Origin: a bacterium
GTDB lineage: Bacteria > Sysuimicrobiota > Sysuimicrobiia > Sysuimicrobiales > Humicultoraceae
Direction of reading: 5' to 3'
Assembly (NCBI GenBank): GCA_050694895.1
Contig: JBOGSE010000219.1
Coordinates: 1 to 36,422, forward strand
Length of the DNA: 36,422 nt
The position numbers were made by a program, and so were the translations under genes. Numbering within the stretch: position 1 is the stretch's first letter; each line of letters starts with the position of its first letter. Shown here piece after piece: positions 1-9,246 of the stretch. Under the pieces are notes generated by a model. That model was not told where the DNA came from. It did no database searches and was given only the letters and a program-made list of their open reading frames with translations.

Positions 1-391
1 CATCCGGATTGTCATCGTACGAGCCGAAGACCGCAGCCACCTGCGGTCTACCCGCCAACGTCTCGATCACTTTGCCAATGATGTCCGGCGTGATAAGCAC
101 GTCGGCATCCACAAAGAGGAGGATTTCTCCGCGAGCCGCTTTGGCCGCACGGTTACGAGCGTAGCCCGGACCGTAGGGACCCTCAGGTAACTCGATCAGC
201 CTGACGGGAAATCGCCGTGCCGCGGCGCGTGTATCGTCCGTGGACGCATCATCCACTACAATGCATTCATAGCCGGCATACGTCGAAGCAAAGACGGCCT
301 GCAAGCAACGGCTCAGATACGCCGGACTATTGTGGACCGGGATAATGACCGAGACACTTATCCTGGTCTTCTGCGCCAATGCCTTGTCCAT
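1..391 (-). CDS. Glycosyltransferase family 2 (GT-A), 5' part only; the gene runs off the left edge of the window
   Basis: Not in the ORF track because there is no stop in the window. My own translation of the reverse complement from ATG 391..389 gives MDKALAQKTRISVSVIIPVHNSPAYLSRCLQAVFASTYAGYECIVVDDASTDDTRAAARRFPVRLIELPE..., a classic GT2 N-terminus. The start lies 4 nt after the stop (396..398) of the upstream GT4 gene. Confidence 0.8.
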   Translation of the reverse strand, partial: MDKALAQKTRISVSVIIPVHNSPAYLSRCLQAVFASTYAGYECIVVDDASTDDTRAAARRFPVRLIELPEGPYGPGYARNRAAKAARGEILLFVDADVLITPDIIGKVIETLAGRPQVAAVFGSYDDNPD

Positions 392-395
392 ACTG

Positions 396-1586
396 TTAGC
401 GGAGGCCGACCCTGTGAAGAGCGGCGCCGGCCGCGCCACCCGCCGCAACGGTGCCCAGAACCTCCTCCAGTTTCCGGACGCTCGTGTTGATATCGAACTG
501 CGTGTGCACCCAGGCTGCCGCCTCCCGGCCCAGGCGTCCCGCCAGGTCCCGATCGTCGGCCAGCCTGATCATCGCCTCAGCCAAAGCCTCCGGTGCGCGC
601 GGATCGACCAGAAGCGCCACCCGACCGCCGTCGGTCACCTCTTCCAGCGCCGGGATGCGACTGGCCACGCACGGGCGCCCCGCGCCGAGCGCCTCCAGCA
701 GGGCTCCACCAAAGCCTTCAAATAGTGACGGGAAGACGAAGATGTCCGCGGCAGCCAGGAGGGCCGGCACATCGCGACGCTCACCAAGAAAATGAATCCG
801 CCCGGCCTGTCCGTTTGAGTTCACAAGATGCTCGAGCTCGCCGCGCAAGCGTCCCTCGCCCGCCATGGCCAGCACGGTGCGCGGAAAGGCCTTGGAAATC
901 CTGGTCATCGCCTCGATGGCGTACCGCTGCCCTTTCTGCGGCACCAGCCGCCCGACGGTCAGGACGACGGGGTACGCCGCGTCCCACCCCAATTGCGCGC
1001 GCAGGCTCGCGACCTGTTCTGCCGACGGCGGCTCGCGGTCCAGGGGCAGCCCTCGGGGGATAACGGTGATCCGGCGAGGAGGGATCCTGAGCAGCCGGAT
1101 GGCGGATGATCGTACTGCCTGCGAGATGGCGACAAACGCGGTAGCGCCCCAGCGTGCCGTGATCTCGTCGAGGGCGCGCGCAACCGCCACCTTGCCCGGC
1201 GTGAGCTGTGGATTATCTTGCCGCCACTCGTGTTCATACGTGGTATTAACCAGGGTCGTCACCGCCGGCCTGCCCTCGAGGCGCGCCGCCGTACGGCCCA
1301 GCACGTCCGCCCAATACAGCGAAGTATGGACAACATCTGGGTCCGCCTGGCGGATGAGCGCGCGTAGGTCCCCTAGCGTCCGAAAGATCTCACGCCGCGG
1401 GACGCGATGCAGAGCATAGACAGGAATACGAGCCTCCCGCAGCCTGGCCCCATGCGGCTCGTCGCCCCGCAGCGCACACACTGTATGGCTGAACCGCTGG
1501 GCATCTGACCGCACCAACATCGTGGTCAGCTGCCGTTCGGCGCCACCGGTGTCCAGACTGTCGATGACGTGCAGGACGCGAATCAT
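396..1586 (-). CDS. Glycosyltransferase family 4 (GT-B, group 1); paralogue of both halves of the fused GT at 29999..32404
   Basis: 396-aa ORF. N-terminus MIRVLHVIDSLDTGGAERQL and E-x7-E region FPSLFEGFGGALLEALGAGRP are typical of GT4. Roughly two-thirds identical by eye to the first half of the fused GT. Confidence 0.9.
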   Translation of the reverse strand: MIRVLHVIDSLDTGGAERQLTTMLVRSDAQRFSHTVCALRGDEPHGARLREARIPVYALHRVPRREIFRTLGDLRALIRQADPDVVHTSLYWADVLGRTAARLEGRPAVTTLVNTTYEHEWRQDNPQLTPGKVAVARALDEITARWGATAFVAISQAVRSSAIRLLRIPPRRITVIPRGLPLDREPPSAEQVASLRAQLGWDAAYPVVLTVGRLVPQKGQRYAIEAMTRISKAFPRTVLAMAGEGRLRGELEHLVNSNGQAGRIHFLGERRDVPALLAAADIFVFPSLFEGFGGALLEALGAGRPCVASRIPALEEVTDGGRVALLVDPRAPEALAEAMIRLADDRDLAGRLGREAAAWVHTQFDINTSVRKLEEVLGTVAAGGAAGAALHRVGLR

Positions 1587-1602
1587 CCGCTTACATCCAC
1601 GG

Positions 1603-2523
1603 TCAGTGCGCCCGGCCTTCCACTGCGGCCCAACGGAGTCGGCGTCTCAGGCCCGCACGAATCTGCCTGATCACCGAGACCAGCAGATAGAAGTAGGCGG
1701 GCAGATACAATGGGGCCGCCATCACTGCCTGCCAGAAACTGGCACGCGCGTCACGCCAGTGCTCCTGCCGCAGGCACAGTCCTCCCACGCGCACGAGGGA
1801 CTGGGCAAGAATCCGAGGCCGCTCTTGCAACTCCGCAGCATACCGCTCAAGCATGACCCTCTCGTAGGCAATCCTGGCCGTGACGTTCCCACCAAGCCGA
1901 GACGCCGCATGCTTGTGGACCACGACTAATCTCTCGGGAATCTGAAAGAAGGCATAGTGTTTGGCGACCCGCAGGAGCCACTCGCGATCCTGACCGGCAT
2001 CCAGCGACTCGTCAAAGGCACCCACGCGATCAAAACACTCGCGCCTGACGACGACTGCTGGAAACGTCGTGGGGATCCGCCTCTCCAGAAGCGCGTCGAA
2101 CAGCCACACCACTCCGCCCGCGCGCACCGGATGGGCACGGACCTCACCCGTCACATCATTTACTGCACGAGACCCGGTCACGACCACGCCAACCTCAGCC
2201 CCATGCGAACGGAGCGCGTTGAGCTGTCGCTCCAATTTCGTGGGCAGCCACTCATCGTCGCTGTCGATAAACGCCAGGGCCTCTCCAGATGCCACCGCGC
2301 AACCCCGGTTCAACGCCGCGGCATACCCGCGATGGGCAATCCTCTCGTACCGAATCCGCGGATCCCGGAACCCGGCCACGACCTCCGCTGTCTCATCCTC
2401 GGACCCATCATCGATAATCAGCAGTTCAAAGTCCCGACACGTCTGTGCCAAAACGCTGCTGATCGCCCTGGGCAGAAGCCGCGCTCGATTGTACGTGGGG
2501 AGGATAACGCTGATCAGCGGCAT
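1603..2523 (-). CDS. Glycosyltransferase family 2
   Basis: 306-aa ORF with ISVILPTYNRARLLPRAISSVLAQTCRDFELLIIDDGSEDET, followed by the FIDSDDEW DxD-type motif. Confidence 0.9.
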   Translation of the reverse strand: MPLISVILPTYNRARLLPRAISSVLAQTCRDFELLIIDDGSEDETAEVVAGFRDPRIRYERIAHRGYAAALNRGCAVASGEALAFIDSDDEWLPTKLERQLNALRSHGAEVGVVVTGSRAVNDVTGEVRAHPVRAGGVVWLFDALLERRIPTTFPAVVVRRECFDRVGAFDESLDAGQDREWLLRVAKHYAFFQIPERLVVVHKHAASRLGGNVTARIAYERVMLERYAAELQERPRILAQSLVRVGGLCLRQEHWRDARASFWQAVMAAPLYLPAYFYLLVSVIRQIRAGLRRRLRWAAVEGRAH

Positions 2524-2567
2524 CGATCTATCACAAGCACACTGGGATCCAGACCCGCCTGCGCTGT

Positions 2568-3164
2568 TTAGCCCGGTGGCGCCGTCTCTTGCGGCAGGTC
2601 CGCCGACGGCCCGACCGGGCGGGCCTCACCCAGCACGTCACCCAGCCGGATTTGCTCCAGGATGTCCCTTACGAGCGCCCCATCCCGCAGCTTGGCCATG
2701 AGTTCACGGTCGCTCAGCATTTCGATCTCACGCGCGGTATCCTCCACCTCCTCGAGACGAAGAAACATCTGGTAGGCTTCAGGAGCAATTACCCGCTTGA
2801 GCCCCTGTTCGAGATCGACCTGAAGGATAAGAAAGAACTCGGCGCTCACCCGCCTCGTCAGCCAGCGACAGTAATCGCCCAGGATGCTCAGCCGGCGATC
2901 GACGAGATAGGCGATATCGCGGCGACCCGACGCCTCTTGCAGATGCTCGTCAATCTCTCCCAGATCGCGCAAGATGGCCAGGTATTCCGCGAGGACCTCG
3001 GCCGACGCCCGCGCGGCCGCGCTGCTTTGCAGCGACAGAAACCGCCGCTCCGTTTCACGGAGAGCACTGCGCAGCGGGTCTGTGGTGATTCGCCCGGCGT
3101 CGGCGCGCCTTACTACGCGAACCCGGGGTGTCTCCTGCCGCACTCCCCCGCTCTCCATCGTCAT
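2568..3164 (-). CDS. Hypothetical protein (about 198 aa, soluble, Glu/Leu/Arg-rich, probably helical); no family recognised
   Basis: The ORF runs 2568..3242, but its first 26 codons overlap the upstream DUF218 gene. The internal ATG at 3164..3162 forms an ATGA overlap with that gene's stop (3163..3161), so I place the start there. No motif I can recognise. Confidence 0.5.
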   Translation of the reverse strand: MTMESGGVRQETPRVRVVRRADAGRITTDPLRSALRETERRFLSLQSSAAARASAEVLAEYLAILRDLGEIDEHLQEASGRRDIAYLVDRRLSILGDYCRWLTRRVSAEFFLILQVDLEQGLKRVIAPEAYQMFLRLEEVEDTAREIEMLSDRELMAKLRDGALVRDILEQIRLGDVLGEARPVGPSADLPQETAPPG

Positions 3165-3748
3165 GGTAAAAACACCGCGGAGATCAGCAACTTCACGTAC
3201 TCCCGAAGTACCAGATCGCGACCGCCACGCCCCGTCCACCATCGCTGCACCTTGAAAAAGCTGTTGTCAGCCGCCCGGACGCGGACGTCCAGCCCCTCAG
3301 CGCGAAAGATTCGAGAAAACGTGACCGCCGCGCGGCGCGTGTGGTATGGGGAGGTCACGAGGATCGCCGTCCTGAGGCCACGGGCCTTCATCAGGCGCAC
3401 CGAGGCCCGCGCGTTCCCCACGGTGCTCTCGGCACCGTCATCCGCAAGTATCCGATCCGGGGACACGCCGTTTGCGGCCGCGTGATCCCGCAGTTCATTC
3501 AACGAGTTCTGCCCCTGCCCATACGGCCCACCGCTGAGAATGAGCCACTCGCCGTACCCCTGGCGCAACAACGCGGCGCTCGTGGCGACCCGTTCCGGGC
3601 CGTTGCCGCCGATCGCGATGATCGCATCTGCGCGCACAAGCGGATCATTCACTACGAGAAAATCGCCCACGGCCTGGAGGACCACATGGCGACCCAGGTA
3701 GACTGTGGCGAGGACGGCGAACGCTCCCACTGCCGCCCATCGCCGCAT
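3161..3748 (-). CDS. DUF218 / YdcF-SanA-ElyC family membrane-anchored protein
   Basis: 195 aa. N-terminal hydrophobic anchor MRRWAAVGAFAVLATVYLG, then ADAIIAIGGNGPERVATSAALLRQGYGEWLILSGG and VTSPYHTRRA, which is the DUF218 pattern. Confidence 0.8.
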   Translation of the reverse strand: MRRWAAVGAFAVLATVYLGRHVVLQAVGDFLVVNDPLVRADAIIAIGGNGPERVATSAALLRQGYGEWLILSGGPYGQGQNSLNELRDHAAANGVSPDRILADDGAESTVGNARASVRLMKARGLRTAILVTSPYHTRRAAVTFSRIFRAEGLDVRVRAADNSFFKVQRWWTGRGGRDLVLREYVKLLISAVFLP

Positions 3749-3751
3749 TGC

Positions 3752-5689
3752 CTACGGCTTCGCTGGCCCGGGAGGCACTTTCGGCGCCCACGAATCCCCT
3801 TCGGGCGGCAGTGCCGACAGGCCAGCCTCGTCTGAGGCCAGGTGGCGAAGTATGGCCCGGATCCCGGCCTGGTCGCGCTGCGCGACCAGATGCTCGAGCT
3901 GCTGGAGCGCCAGCCGGAGCATCACCTCATCGGGCTCGCGCATCACGATGACTTCAAAGATGCCCGGGTGCGCCGACTCCCGCATCGTTTCGGATGAGGC
4001 CGCCAACTCCTCCTCCAGTTTCTCGCCAGGCCTGATGCCCATATAGACGATTGGGATATCGTTGTCGGGCTCAAGGCCGGACAGCCGGATGAGTTCCGCC
4101 GCAAGGTCGGCGATCCGGACAGGCTCGCCCATGTCCAGCACATACAACCCGTGCTGTTGTTCGGACAGCGACGCCTGCAGCACCAGGAGGACGGCCTCGG
4201 CCGGACTCATGAAATAGCGGGTCATCTCAGGATGCGTGAGCGTGACCGGACCGCCCCGGCGGATCTGCTCCTGCATCAGCGGGATGATGCTCCCACGGCT
4301 CCCCAGGACATTGCCAAACCTCACCGTGAGAAAGCGCGTTCGTCCGCGGCGGCTGAGCACCTGCGCGATGAGTTCGGCGACGCGCTTGGAGGCACCCATG
4401 ACGCTCGTCGGCTTCACGGCCTTGTCGGTTGAAATGAGCACGAACGTCTCTACGCCGTGCCGCACCGCGCCTTCCGCGACCGCCAGCGTCCCGAGGATGT
4501 TGGTCTTGACCGCTTCGTCCACATCCCGTTCCATGACCGGAACGTGCTTGTATGCGGCCGCATGGTAAATCACACGCGGCATCACCGAGTCGAGCACCCA
4601 GTCCATCTTGGCCGCGTCCCGCACGTCGGCGACGAGCGTGCGGAAGACGGCATCGGGGAAGAGCCGCTTGATCTCCTCTTCCAGCTCGAAGAGCCCGGTT
4701 TCGTTGATGTCGAGCGCGACGAGTTCGCAGTACGCCAGGTGCGCGATCTGTCGCACGAGCTCTGAGCCGATCGATCCGGCCGCACCCGTAATCAGCACCC
4801 GGCTCCCCTCGAGGCGCTGGGCGATCACGTCGGTGGCGATCGCGACCGGTGGACGACCGAGCAGGTCAGAGACCTCGACCTGTCGGGCATCTTTGAGTGT
4901 CACCCGTCCGGACAGCAGCTCGTGCACGCCGGGCAGGATGCGCATGCGCTGGATCCCCGACCGACGCACCCACTCGACAATCCCCCGAATCTCCTTGGAA
5001 GACGCAGACGGGATGGCGATCAACACCTCTTCCACGGAGCATCGCGCGACGATATCGGGAATCACGGTCCGGTCGCCAAAGACTCGCAACCCATGGATGT
5101 ACATTCCTCGCTTAGCGGGGTCGTCGTCGACGAACCCCACGGGCTGGTAGCCGTTGTGGGGCGATTCGGCCATCGCCTGCACGAGGCGGATCCCCGCCGC
5201 TCCGGCGCCGACCACCAGCAGCCGCGGACTGACACGCCCGGTGCGGCGGCCGCGGCGCTCATCGGCATACATCTTCCAGATTCGCCCGCTCACCCGAATG
5301 AGCCCCACGCCGCACATGGCGAGCACGAAGTCGATGGCCAGCACCGAGCGCGGAAACGAGTAGTAAGCGGCGAACGACCGCAGCAGCACGAGCCCCGCCG
5401 AGATGGTGAGCAGGGCGGCCCCGGCCGCCTTGAAGACGCCCAGGAGCTCGGACAACCCCACCGAGCGCCACGAGACGCGATAGAGGCGAAATGCCCAATG
5501 CCAGACGGCCTTGATCGGGATGAAGAGCAGCAACAACAGGGGAATGTGCCGGAGGTACCTCAGAGGGATCGACCCGTCGAATCGGATGAGGAACGCGCCG
5601 ACCAGCGCGAGGACCCAGACGGTCAGGTCCCCCGCGAAGAAGACCGCCGCGCGCAGTAGCGGCGTGCGCCTAACCACGAACCGGGACAC
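3752..5689 (-). CDS. Membrane-bound NDP-sugar 4,6-dehydratase, CapD/WbpM/PglF family
   Basis: 645 aa. N-terminal hydrophobic segments, two Rossmann glycine motifs (LLVVGAGAAG and VLITGAAGSIGSEL), and the MGASKRVAE (M-x3-K) variant of Y-x3-K typical of this family. Confidence 0.9.
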   Translation of the reverse strand: MSRFVVRRTPLLRAAVFFAGDLTVWVLALVGAFLIRFDGSIPLRYLRHIPLLLLLFIPIKAVWHWAFRLYRVSWRSVGLSELLGVFKAAGAALLTISAGLVLLRSFAAYYSFPRSVLAIDFVLAMCGVGLIRVSGRIWKMYADERRGRRTGRVSPRLLVVGAGAAGIRLVQAMAESPHNGYQPVGFVDDDPAKRGMYIHGLRVFGDRTVIPDIVARCSVEEVLIAIPSASSKEIRGIVEWVRRSGIQRMRILPGVHELLSGRVTLKDARQVEVSDLLGRPPVAIATDVIAQRLEGSRVLITGAAGSIGSELVRQIAHLAYCELVALDINETGLFELEEEIKRLFPDAVFRTLVADVRDAAKMDWVLDSVMPRVIYHAAAYKHVPVMERDVDEAVKTNILGTLAVAEGAVRHGVETFVLISTDKAVKPTSVMGASKRVAELIAQVLSRRGRTRFLTVRFGNVLGSRGSIIPLMQEQIRRGGPVTLTHPEMTRYFMSPAEAVLLVLQASLSEQQHGLYVLDMGEPVRIADLAAELIRLSGLEPDNDIPIVYMGIRPGEKLEEELAASSETMRESAHPGIFEVIVMREPDEVMLRLALQQLEHLVAQRDQAGIRAILRHLASDEAGLSALPPEGDSWAPKVPPGPAKP

Positions 5690-6860
5690 TGATCCTCACA
5701 CCTCCGCTCAGCGCGCGCGCGATATCAGCGATCTCATCGCGGGTCAGATCATTGAAGAAGGGCAGCGCTATCGCGCGCCGGCCGGCTTCCTCCGCGATTG
5801 GAAAGCTTCCGTCTGGATAGTGACCAAACCGCTGGAAGTATGGCTGGAGGTGCACCACGGGAAAGTAGGCCTTGCTGGGGATGCCGCGTCCTGACAGATG
5901 GGCCATGAGCCGGTCACGGTCCACCTCGCCATCGGTCCGGGCGACGTAGACGAACCAGCTGACTTTGGCCCATGGGGCGGCCCTTGGAAGCAGGAGGCCG
6001 GGGATGCCCGCGAGCGCCTCCTCATACCAGGCCGCGATCTGCGCCCGTTTGGCGGTCAGCGCCGAGAACCGCTTCATCTGGGCGACGCCCAACGCCGCGG
6101 ACAGCTCGTCCATCCGATAGTTGAAACCGAGCACGTCGTGCCGCAGCCAGTCGTCGCCCTCTGACCTTCCCTGATTGCGGGCGCTGCGACAGTACGCCGC
6201 GATCTGCTCGTCGTCGGTCACAATCATGCCGCCTTCGCCGGTAGTGATCTGCTTGTTCGGGTAAAAGGCGAAGACCGCAATGTCGGCGAGTGTTCCAGCC
6301 TTCACCCACCGCTGCCGCGCCGCCGAGTAGTACTCCGATCCCAGCGCCTCACAGGTATCGCACAGCAATCGCAGACCGTACGCGTCGGCGAGCGTCCGGA
6401 ATCCGTCCATCTTAATCGGGTGCCCGAAGACGGACACGGGCAGGATGCCGGCTAGCGGCCGGCCCGTCGCCTGCCGGATGAGGCGGCCGTCCACCGGGCG
6501 GTACTCGCGGTCAATAAACGCGGCCACGGTGGCAGGATCAAGGTTGAGCGTGATGGGATCGACATCCACGAAGACCGGGTGAGCCCGTTCGAGGAGCAGA
6601 ACGTTCGCCGTCGCTACAAACGTAAACGGTGTCGTGATCACCTCCACACCATCGCTGAACCCCAACGCCCGCGCGGCCAGATGCAACCCGGCCGTGCCGC
6701 TACTGACCGCGACCGCGTATCGCTTCCCAAGATACGCGGCGAAGAGGGCCTCAAACTCGACGACTTTGGGCCCCAGACTGAGCCGGGGCGTCCGCAGGAC
6801 GTCCAGAACCTCCTGCACCTCGCTCTCCGTGATATCAGGGCGCGATAGCGGGATTGTCAT
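5670..6860 (-). CDS. DegT/DnrJ/EryC1/StrS (PglE-like) PLP-dependent NDP-4-keto-sugar aminotransferase
   Basis: 396 aa. MTIPLSRPDITESEVQEVLDVLRTPRLSLGPKVVEFE..., AVSSGTAGLHL, and the PLP-lysine region FYPNKQITTGEGGMIV. Confidence 0.9.
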   Translation of the reverse strand: MTIPLSRPDITESEVQEVLDVLRTPRLSLGPKVVEFEALFAAYLGKRYAVAVSSGTAGLHLAARALGFSDGVEVITTPFTFVATANVLLLERAHPVFVDVDPITLNLDPATVAAFIDREYRPVDGRLIRQATGRPLAGILPVSVFGHPIKMDGFRTLADAYGLRLLCDTCEALGSEYYSAARQRWVKAGTLADIAVFAFYPNKQITTGEGGMIVTDDEQIAAYCRSARNQGRSEGDDWLRHDVLGFNYRMDELSAALGVAQMKRFSALTAKRAQIAAWYEEALAGIPGLLLPRAAPWAKVSWFVYVARTDGEVDRDRLMAHLSGRGIPSKAYFPVVHLQPYFQRFGHYPDGSFPIAEEAGRRAIALPFFNDLTRDEIADIARALSGGVRISVPVRG

Positions 6861-7503
6861 GACGACTCACTCCCTCTCCTTCGGGCACAAGCCATGTCAC
6901 CACGCTCCGGCGCAGGGTGCCGGAACACCCGGCCAGCGGCGTCAGCGCCAGGATCACCAGGTCGGTCAGCCAGGTCTTCCGCTGTGCGTAGGCCGCCTCC
7001 AGCGCAGCCTTCTGAGGCAGGACAATCGAAAAGTACGCCGCCTCGGGATCCTCGTAGGCTCCCAGCCGGCGTTCCTCGTCCAAGAACGCCAGCGTTCCGA
7101 TGCCCGTCATGCCGGGAGACGTCGCATAGATCTGCCTCGCCAGCGCCGGCGGGATGGCAGCGACCTCGTTGGGCGTCAGCGGCCGGGGTCCCACCAGGCT
7201 CATCTCTCCGCGGAGCACGTTGATCAGCTGCGGCAGCTCGTCAAGCTTGAGCGCGCGCAGCAACCGGCCCAGCGGCGTGATGCGCCGGTCCCCGCGGGCC
7301 GTCACGGTCGTCGAGGGGGCGCCGTCTGTCATCGTCTGGAACTTCACGATGACGAACGGGGCGAGGCCGCGGCCGACCCGGGGCTGGGCATAGAAGACAC
7401 GGCGCGTCATGATCCAGTTGAGGGTTGCGATCACCGCCATCGCGGGGGCCGCCACAACCAACAGCCCACCGGCCACCAGGATGTCGATGCCTCGACGGAT
7501 CAT
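6835..7503 (-). CDS. Small monotopic phosphoglycosyl transferase (bacterial sugar transferase, PglC/WbaP C-terminal-domain type)
   Basis: 222 aa. One N-terminal hydrophobic helix, KFQTM, and the signature DELPQLINVLRGEMSLVGPRP. Confidence 0.9.
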   Translation of the reverse strand: MIRRGIDILVAGGLLVVAAPAMAVIATLNWIMTRRVFYAQPRVGRGLAPFVIVKFQTMTDGAPSTTVTARGDRRITPLGRLLRALKLDELPQLINVLRGEMSLVGPRPLTPNEVAAIPPALARQIYATSPGMTGIGTLAFLDEERRLGAYEDPEAAYFSIVLPQKAALEAAYAQRKTWLTDLVILALTPLAGCSGTLRRSVVTWLVPEGEGVSRHDNPAIAP

Positions 7504-8099
7504 TGCTGGGCGGGAATATCGATCACGTAGATGTGCGCACTCTCACCGCGGTGAATCTGGGTCTCACCGAGAAACCGAAACCCCGAGCGGAGATACAGAC
7601 GGGACGCCCCAGCGTTGCTCGACGCCGTGCTTACCCGCACGCGCCCGACGCCACGGCGCGCAAACTCAGCCAGCACCTGTCGGACGAGGATGTCGGCGGT
7701 GCCCATGCCGCGTGAGGCGTGATCTACGGCGATCGAAACGAGTTCCGCGTCCGGCAGTGGAGAGGCCGCCGCATACCGGGTCGTCTCCACCAGCCGCCGC
7801 CATCGTCCAAGCCGAAAGGCCTGCCGGATCAGGACCGCAGTGGCCAGTCGCCAGTTTCGGATGAGAAACGTCCGGTAGAACCGCCGCCAGTGCACGACTC
7901 CGGTCGCGTACCCGACGGGGCGACCCTCGCGCTCCGCCAGAAACCCGAACCCCACCTCGCAGCCCAGCAGCGTCCGATAGAACGCGCTCACAAATGCCGG
8001 GCCCATGCTGGTGAGCAGGCCCCACGGAATCCCGGCCAGATGGAGTGCGGCAATCGCGCCGCTATCGGCCGGAAATGCCTTCCTGACCGATGCCGTCAA
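7500..8099 (-). CDS. GNAT family N-acetyltransferase
   Basis: 199 aa. GNAT motif A region LVSIAVDHASRGMGTADILV and the C-terminal NAGASRLYLRSGF. ATGA overlap with the downstream PGT gene. Confidence 0.8.
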   Translation of the reverse strand: MTASVRKAFPADSGAIAALHLAGIPWGLLTSMGPAFVSAFYRTLLGCEVGFGFLAEREGRPVGYATGVVHWRRFYRTFLIRNWRLATAVLIRQAFRLGRWRRLVETTRYAAASPLPDAELVSIAVDHASRGMGTADILVRQVLAEFARRGVGRVRVSTASSNAGASRLYLRSGFRFLGETQIHRGESAHIYVIDIPAQQ

Positions 8100-9246
8100 C
8101 AGCGCGTCCGCTCTTTTCTACCAGCAGTGTCCGATAGACCCCGAGGATCTGATCGATGATCCGTCGCTCATCGAATTCGGCCAGCGCCTTCTGACGATTG
8201 GCCTCTCCAAACTTCCGCCGCAGGTCAGGGGCATCCAGCAGACTGAGCACCGCCTCTTCGAGGGCGTCGGCGTCACGGGCCTGGACGAGGAGCCCGTTGC
8301 GCCCGCCGGTGACCACCTCGCGGCACCCACGAACATCGGTGAGGACCAGGGGCAGCCCCATGGCCGCTGCCTCCACCGCTGACCGCGGAAACCCCTCCCG
8401 GTACGATGGCAGCACAAAGATGTCCATCGCCCTGTAGAGCGCCGGCAGGTCGGTGCGCAGTCCCATGAATCGGACGATCCCGCGCCGCTCGAGGTCGGCC
8501 GTCACCCGCTGGGGCACCGCATCGGCTTTGCCGTCGTCCCGCGGGCCGACGGCGATGAAGCAGACGCCCGGCCGCCGGGCCCGCACGCGCTCGGCCATAG
8601 CAAAAAACTCCCGATAGCCTTTCTCCCAGACAAGGCGGCCGATCGTTCCGACCACGGTTGTCGCAGCATCGATCCCCAACGCCGCCCGCGCGACGGACCG
8701 ATCGACCGCGTCCGGGTCGAAGACCGTCAGGTTGACACCGTTCCCAATGAACGCCGATCGATCCGGCCGGGCGATCCCAAGCCGACGCAACATCTGGAGA
8801 TCCTCACGGCTCTGGCAAAACTCAAAGTCCGAACACGCAGAGGCCAGCCGTTCCAGTCCGAGATACATCGCCCGGCGCACGGCCCCCCCGTCTGTCCCGT
8901 AGAGACCGTGCACCGTGTTCACGACCACAGGCGTCCCGACCAGACGCGCCGCGATACGCCCAAACACGCCGGTCTTGGGATTGTGTGTGTGTACGATGTC
9001 GAACCGCTCCCGGCGCAAGATCCCGGTCAGCACGGTGCACGCCCGAACGTCGGCCAGCGGCGCCCACGAACGTCGCAGCGTCGGAACGGTCAGGTGGCGG
9101 ATACCTGCCGCCTGGAGCGCCTCGATCCATGGGCCGTCGCCGCTGATCGCCGTGACGTCGAATCCAGCCGCCTGAAAGGCGCGCAGCTGATGCCCCAGCA
9201 GAAGCTCAAGACTGATGTCGGATGTGGTCAGGTGCGCCAGTTTCAT
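8062..9246 (-). CDS. Glycosyltransferase family 4
   Basis: The ORF extends to 9684, but the first 146 codons overlap the upstream gene and are Arg/Gly-rich. ATG 9246..9244 (MKLAHLTTSDISLELLLGHQL) makes an ATGA overlap with the upstream stop. E-x7-E region LPSYREGFPRSAVEAAAMGLP. Confidence 0.85.
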   Translation of the reverse strand: MKLAHLTTSDISLELLLGHQLRAFQAAGFDVTAISGDGPWIEALQAAGIRHLTVPTLRRSWAPLADVRACTVLTGILRRERFDIVHTHNPKTGVFGRIAARLVGTPVVVNTVHGLYGTDGGAVRRAMYLGLERLASACSDFEFCQSREDLQMLRRLGIARPDRSAFIGNGVNLTVFDPDAVDRSVARAALGIDAATTVVGTIGRLVWEKGYREFFAMAERVRARRPGVCFIAVGPRDDGKADAVPQRVTADLERRGIVRFMGLRTDLPALYRAMDIFVLPSYREGFPRSAVEAAAMGLPLVLTDVRGCREVVTGGRNGLLVQARDADALEEAVLSLLDAPDLRRKFGEANRQKALAEFDERRIIDQILGVYRTLLVEKSGRAVDGIGQEGISGR

